Source: the human T2T-CHM13v2.0 reference genome, Homo sapiens. From it: DNA of 64,000 bases. Below, in pieces: positions 49,182-64,000 of the stretch. Within the stretch, counting starts at the first letter, position 1; each line of letters begins with the position of its first letter. The stretch is taken from the NCBI RefSeq assembly GCF_009914755.1, contig NC_060932.1. One strand, given 5' to 3'. Below the pieces are notes generated by a model. The model searched no databases, was not told where the DNA came from, and saw only the letters and a program-made list of their open reading frames with translations. Made by a program: the position numbers and the translations under genes.

Positions 49182-50022
49182 TTAGCTGGGCATGGTGGCG
49201 CACACCTGTAGTCCCAGCTACTCGGGAGGGTGAGGTGGGAGAATCACTTGAACTCAAGAGGTAAAGACTGCAATGAGCCGAGATCACACCGCTATACTCC
49301 TGCCTGGGCAACAGAGACCCTGTCTCAAAAAAAAAAAGTGTCTACATAACATATATTTTATGTTATTGTATTGTAAAACTTATTTATCAAAACTTGTTTT
49401 AATGGAACCCAGCACAGATAAAGTTGCTAGCATGAAAAATATCTAATTACAGAAAAAAGTATTAAGTTTACTAAATAGGAACTGTTCTTAAGTGAATCAG
49501 ATTTTTGCCACTCAATATTCATAAACAAATTTAATAAATTTAAATAATAATAAATATAACTAAAATTTCATACTTCCAAAACAGTCCTAAATCACCAGAA
49601 TATTCTGTGATCCAAGGCTACACCTTGATGTTATAGTCACTTATGTCAGTTCTAATGCTACAAAAAGTGTACAGCACTTTATGTTCCCTTCTCTACTTTT
49701 TTTTTTTTTTGAGACAGAGTCTCGCTCTGTCACCCAGGCTGGAGTGCAGTGGCACAATCTCAGCTCACTGAAACCTCTGCCTCCTGGGTTCAAGTGATTC
49801 TCCTGCTTCAGCCTCTGGAGTAGCTGGGATTACAAGCACCTGGCTAAAGTTGTGTTTTTAGTAGAGATGGGGTTTCGCCATGTTGCCCAGGGTGGTCTTG
49901 AGCTCCTGACCTCAGGTGATCTGCCCGCCTCAGCCTCCCAAAGTGCTGGGATTACAGGCGTGAGCCACTGCACCCAGCCTTCTCCTTATTAATTTTTAAA
50001 GAAATTGACAAAAAACAATTAA

Positions 50023-50222
50023 CGGTGCTGTCCAACAGAACTTTCTGCAATAATTGAAATCTTTATCAGTGCTATCCAATACAGTAGCCAGGAGCCACAT
50101 GTGGCCATTGTGTACTTGAAATGTGGCCAGTGTGACTAAAAGACTTAATTTCAGATTGTGTTTAATTTTAACTCACTTGAATAGCCACAGGTGGCTGGTA
50201 GCTGCCATACTGGACAGCACAG
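50023..50222. mobile_element. MER3-like hAT MITE
   Basis: Inverted termini gtgctgtcca ... tggacagcac and internal agccacatgtggc, about 200 bp. Confidence 0.8.
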
Positions 50223-50564
50223 AACAGACTACATCGCCAGCCTTATTTTCACTCTGAGAGCTGTGTGCTGGGCCTCAGGAAGAGGTGAGGCAGTTGAGTG
50301 GACACTGCTGCAAGGAGACCTGGAAGATTCTCCTCAATCTGGGGCCCCTCCATAGCTGAACCCAGTCATGAAATTGCTAGTGTGAGTGTTAGCAAATCTT
50401 AGCAGTCTCATATGTTAATGAGAATAATAGTAGTTGCCTTACTTATGTCTAAAGATTAAATACAATTGTTGTTTGGGAAATCACTTTGTAAATTATAAAA
50501 CACTATCTCAACATGAATTATGGGTAACAATTGTTATGGAACACAGTACTACTAATAGGCTTAA

Positions 50565-50798
<234 letters not shown>

Positions 50799-51142
50799 TG
50801 ATCTGCTTGCCTTGGCCTCTCAAAGTGCTGGGATTACAGGCGTGAGCCACTGCACCTGGCCCCGCTTAAGTTATTCTTGTATCAATAAATATAAGTTCCA
50901 TGAGGGTAGGAATTTTTGTCTGTTTAATTCACAATTGAATTCCCAATGCCTAGAAAATGTATGGCATGTGGTAGATGTTCAAAAAATATCTGGTGAATGG
51001 ATAAATTATAAAACCCTTATTGGGGCTAGGCATGGTGGGCTCACACTTATAATCCCAGCACTTTGGTTTTAGTGAAGCAAGCACAGCTCACTGTAGCCTC
51101 AACCTCCCAGGCTCGAGAGATCCTCCCACTTCAGCCTCCTGA

Positions 51143-51331
<189 letters not shown>

Positions 51332-52024
51332 TGAGGCCGAGGTGAGAGGACTGCTTGAGCTCAAAAGTTGGACAGCAGCCGGGGCAACATAGTGAGACCC
51401 TGTCTCTTTTTTACAAAAAAAAAAAAAAACGCTTATTGGAACTGAAGTTTGATCTATAGGAAAGGAATTTTTAATTTTGTTTCTTGATGTTAGATATCTT
51501 AGCCTGAAGGTGTACAATATCCTATTTATTCCAGGCTTCATAAAGTATATCTCCAATTCTTAGAGATTCGATCTGGTAAAAAGCAAAGAACAAACAGGAG
51601 AAAAGTTAGTTTTTCTCTTTGCCTAACTAGTTTTGTTGTTATAACTTTGACAACTGAAGAAAAAAGGAGAAAAAAAAACAAAAAACAAAACAGCCACCTC
51701 TTCTAGTTATTTCTTTGTAGATATTAAGGAGTATATGTCAGAAAAAATGTTTTTTCTACTACATTTCATTAAGGTCAATTAGACAGCAATTATTTCTACA
51801 CTAATAAATAATAGGAAAACTGCTATCTTTTAAAGCAAATTAATAATAAACAAACATGAAGACATCTGAATAGATTAAGGCTAGGCAATTTGCCCATTCT
51901 TGCAAATATACAATCTATAAAATAATATAAGGTAATTTGAAGCTGGAAAGAAGCCCATGTTTCCAAAAAGTAATTTAGTAATGTTTTATCACAATTTCAC
52001 ATGCAAAGGGAGCTATCACATCTA

Positions 52025-52165
<141 letters not shown>

Positions 52166-52756
52166 TTATCATATGAATCCATTTTCTTCATGGGTCTACT
52201 TTCTGACTTATAACTACTGGTAATTAATGTAATTGATGGCATACAAGCACTTCACTTCCAGGACTGTACGTTTCAGGCTGTCCTGTGGTGAGTTCTTCTG
52301 AGATCACTGATCATTAGCCAATTTCAGGTTCAAGCGGCAAATGGTAAAATCCAGAGGCCTAGTACCTTGGAAATCTATTGTAAATGGAAGCTTACAAGTA
52401 ATGTAAAGAACATTTGTTTCTTTGGTGAAATTTCTTCAAAATAAGCAGCTATCTAATTTTACCTACTATTATGCATTTGAACGCTTTTCCACATCTAATT
52501 AGATCCTTCTCCTAATTTTCAGGTATTAGGGGAGGGGAACAGAGCAGAAACTAAATTTAATGTAGAAAAGCCAAAACTTGGCCGAGTGTGGTGGCTCATG
52601 CCTGTAATCCCAGCACTTTCGGAGGCCAAGGCGGGTGGATCACCTGAGGTCAGGAGTTTTGAGACCAGCCTGGCCAACATGGTGAAACCCTGCCTTTACT
52701 AAAAATACAAAAATTAGCCGGGCTTGGTGGCGGGCGCCTGTAATCTCAGCTACTCA

Positions 52757-52903
<147 letters not shown>

Positions 52904-53717
52904 TCACTAATCTCTTGACATTAACAATTAAAATGGTGAATCAAAGGCAAGCGGTTAGTGGCTAATATAAATGGATGGGATAAAACATCCCATATTGAAA
53001 GTCAGATGTTGGCTGGGCACGGTGGCTCATGCCTGTAATCCCAGCACTTTGGGAGGCCGAGGCCGGTGGATCACCTGAGGTTGGGAGTTCGAGACCAGCC
53101 TGACCAACATGGAGAAACCCTGTCTCTATTAAAAATATAAAATTAGCCGGGCTTAGTGGCGAATGCCTGTAATCCCAGCTACTCAGAAGGCTGAGGCAGA
53201 AGAATCGCTTAAACCCCGGAGGTGGAGGTTGCGGTGATCTGAGATCACGCCATTGCACTCCAGCCTGGGCAACAAGAGCAAAACCGTCTTAAAAAAAAAA
53301 AAAAAAAGAAAGATGTGTTGGTCAGGCTGGTAGGTGGGGTGGGGGTGAAGCGTTACATGTTATCACAGCTTAATTTCATTTGACTACTGATGTATCTTCT
53401 AAACATAAATGTCTTGAACAAGAATATTTTAAGTCTACACAGTCCCATGGTTACTCTACAGAGAGCCTTTACTCTCTGGGTAAGCCAATATCCAACAGAC
53501 ATAAGGACTCTCATATCCGAATGTGATAGGGAAAAGTATAGAAATCCATCCTGTGATTATTCAATTGTTAGCAAAAAAACACAAATTTTAGAAAAAGAAG
53601 TCACCTAAATATAACTGTTAGTTCAGAGAAGACATAAAAGCAATTTAAAGTCAAATATCTAAACAATGAAACAATTTGAACTCTGTTTAAACCTGTTAAA
53701 TCTTATTTTGTTGTTGA

Positions 53718-53825
<108 letters not shown>

Positions 53826-54299
53826 TAGCTGGGATTATGGGCACGTGCCACCATGCCTGGCTAATTTTTGTATTTTTAGTAGAGATGGGGTTTCACCATG
53901 TTGGCCAGGCTGGTCTCGATCCGGACCTCAGGTGATCTGCCTGCCACGGCCTCCCAAAGTGTGGAGATTACTGGCGTGAGCCACCGCACCCGGCCTAAAC
54001 CTGTTAAAGCTTGATGCATTCTTCATTTTAAAATAAGGCACATTTTTATGATTGAACAGATGATCTGTGAAAGAAAGCACTCACTATATGAAAGCACCCT
54101 GTCAAGGAGCAATCTAACTAGCAGAGGAACCATCTCATTTAAATACCAGTGAATACCTAGCTAAATGGCATTTCTCCATTCTTTGAGAGTAGAAAACCAT
54201 TCCCTTTTCATTGGAAAAAAAATCGTGATGACATTTCAGAATACAGACATGAACCACGTGACTGGAAAGCCTCTCCTCTGGCTTCTTTCTATAAGAAAG

Positions 54300-54418
54300 A
54301 AGATGTAGGAATTCTTAAATCTGGTGGTAGAATATTTAATATATATTTTAAAAATATATTTAAATAGAATATATTTTAAAAAATATTCTACCACCAGATT
54401 TAAGAATTCCTACATCTT
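54300..54418. repeat. Perfect 38-bp inverted repeat with a 43-nt AT-rich spacer
   Basis: 54300-54337 is the exact reverse complement of 54381-54418. Confidence 0.95.
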
Positions 54419-54464
54419 GTTGTGAAGCCAAACAACAAGAACAAATAGCCCAAGCTGCTGAATA

Positions 54465-55640
<1,176 letters not shown>

Positions 55641-55644
55641 TGGT

Positions 55645-55994
55645 CAAATACTTTTTGACAAGGGTGCCAAGACCATTCAATAGGGAAAGTACCCTCTTTC
55701 AACAAATAAGTGCCAGAAAACTGAATATCCATATTAAAAATATAAAAACTCAAAATGCATCAAAGGGCCAAACTTAAGAGTTAAAACTATACAAATTTTA
55801 GGAAGAAGCAAGAAAATATTCATGCCATTGGATTCTGGCAATGATTCCTTACATATAAGACAAAAGCACAGGCCAAAAAAAGGAAAAAAACACAAAGATG
55901 ACTTCTCAAAATCAGAAACTATGTATATCAAAGGGCACTTAAGAGAGTAAGAAGAATATCCACAGAAAGGGACAAAATATTGGCAAATCATATA
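55645..55994 (+). mobile_element. Old L1 ORF2 3' fragment, left flank of the Tigger1 insertion
   Basis: tttttgacaagggtgccaagaccattcaa...ggcaatgattcctta...gcaaatcatata. Confidence 0.8.
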
Positions 55995-61727
<5,733 letters not shown>

Positions 61728-62219
61728 CTATAATCACACCTATAATCCCAGCACTTTGGGAGGCCAAGGCAGAAGAATCACTTGAGACCAGGAGTTCAAG
61801 ACCAGCCTGACCAGCATAGTGAGAACCTGTCTCTACTAAAAAAATAAAATAAAATATTTTTTAAAAAGTTTAACATGATAAATTTTGTTATGTATATTTT
61901 ACCACAAAACCAAAACAAAATTAATTATAATGACTAAAAATCATTAAATAAATTACAAAAAAGAGACTTGTCTGAATTTTAAACTACAAATGCCACCCCT
62001 TCCCCAATACATCATGATTCCCTCAGTAATCACGATTATTTCACTGATTACCTCAGACAATGTCCAAGTAACCGGGAGCACATTATGTAACTTGAAAAGA
62101 TGTCACTGTAGGCTGAGTAAAAATTTCATCATTTATCTCCACCCACTGTTCCAGTGGCCCCAGTTCTGCCCACTGCGCCTGGCAGAATAAATTTAATTCT
62201 TTTTTTTTCTTTTTTTTGA

Positions 62220-62327
<108 letters not shown>

Positions 62328-62819
62328 TAGCTAGCTGGGGTTATAGGGGCCCACAACCACACCCACCTAATTTTTATATTTTTAGTAGAGATGGGGTTTC
62401 ACAATGTTGGTCAGGCTGGTCTCGAACTCCTGACCTCCAGCCATCCATCCACCTCAGCCTCCCAAAGTGCTAGGATTACAGGCATGAGCCACTGAGCCTG
62501 GCTCTAATTCTTTTTTTTTCTATTGCTGCTGCACAAATTAAAATTTTAATTCTTTAACAAGACCAAGCCCTCATCACAAAGACAGTTTTATTGTCCAAGA
62601 GTCCCTTCCCTAAGCTAGACATCCCTCCTTCCTTCAAGCATTTTATATGATTTGTTTCCACAGCTTTCCCTATTTTGACAGTCTCCCCTGAATGTTTTCC
62701 AGCTTAAAATGCTAGTCCCAAACTGAACATAATGCAGATTTGACCTTTAGCTATTAATTTTATAAAAGTAGCCTATACAGTTTTCAGCATCTACAATATA
62801 CAATTGCCTTATTAAATGA

Positions 62820-62999
<180 letters not shown>

Positions 63000-63002
63000 T
63001 GA

Positions 63003-63122
<120 letters not shown>

Positions 63123-63828
63123 TAATGGAAACTTTTTACTTTGGGCTTCACATCATTCTAGTCTGGAGATGTGGAGAAAAAACTTTTATCATACAAATAA
63201 TAAATATTCATAGTAGAGAAATCAGAAAATAATAGAAAAATATTTAAAATAAAAATAGCCGGGTGTGGTGGCTCAAGCCTGTCATCCCAGCACTTTGGGA
63301 GGCTGAGGTGGGCGGATCACGAGGTCAGGAGATCAAGACCATCCTGGCTAACACGGTGAAACCCCGTCTCTACTAAAAATATAAAAAATTAGCCTGGCGC
63401 GATGGCGGGCGCCTATAGTCCCAGCTACTCGGGAGGCCGAGGCAGGAGAATGGCATGGTGTGAACCCGGGAGGCGGAGCTTGCAGCGAGCCGACATAGGG
63501 CGAAAGAGTGAGACGCCGTCTCAAAAAAAAAAAAAAAAAAAATAGTCTTCGCCGGGCACGGTGGCTCACACCTGTAATCCCAACACTTTGGGAGGCTAGG
63601 GCAGGTGGATCCCCTGAGGTCAGGCGAAAGCGCGAGACTCCGTCTCAAAAAAAAAAAAAAAAGGATGGAGTTTTGCTCTTGTCGCCCAGGCTGGAGTGCA
63701 GTGGTACGATCTCGGCTCACGGCAACCTCCACCTCCTGGGTTCAAGCAATTCTCCAGCCTCAGCCTCCCGAGTAGCGGCACTACGGGCATATGCTACCAC
63801 ACCTGGCTAATTTTCATATTTTTAGTAG

Positions 63829-63969
<141 letters not shown>

Positions 63970-64000
63970 TGAAACTTTGCGCTGTTAGACTATCTTTCCA

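Overview
Human (primate) genomic DNA, recognisable as the THAP1-RNF170 locus (8p11.21 from prior knowledge). It holds the complete 3-exon THAP1 gene on the minus strand (CDS 21207->16074, 213 aa, CpG-island promoter) and the last five coding exons plus 3' UTR of RNF170, also on the minus strand. RNF170 also has an L2-derived alternative terminal exon; its start-codon exon lies beyond the right edge of the window. The rest is dominated by transposable elements: roughly 70-75 Alus, old L1 and L2 fragments, two decayed Tigger1 copies, solo LTRs (LTR6, MER41, MLT1), an ERVL pol fragment, MER1/MER3/MER30 and a 7SL pseudogene. Almost all ORFs in the supplied track are Alu or L1 artefacts. I see no evidence of a wholly new multi-gene system. 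The most interesting unexplained signals are two strong-context uORFs in the THAP1 leader, a TAATG stop/start overlap in the THAP1 exon-2-skip frame, two perfect palindromic structures in RNF170 introns, and an orphan exon-like segment at 360-564. Repeat subfamily calls come from memory of consensus sequences and their boundaries are approximate.
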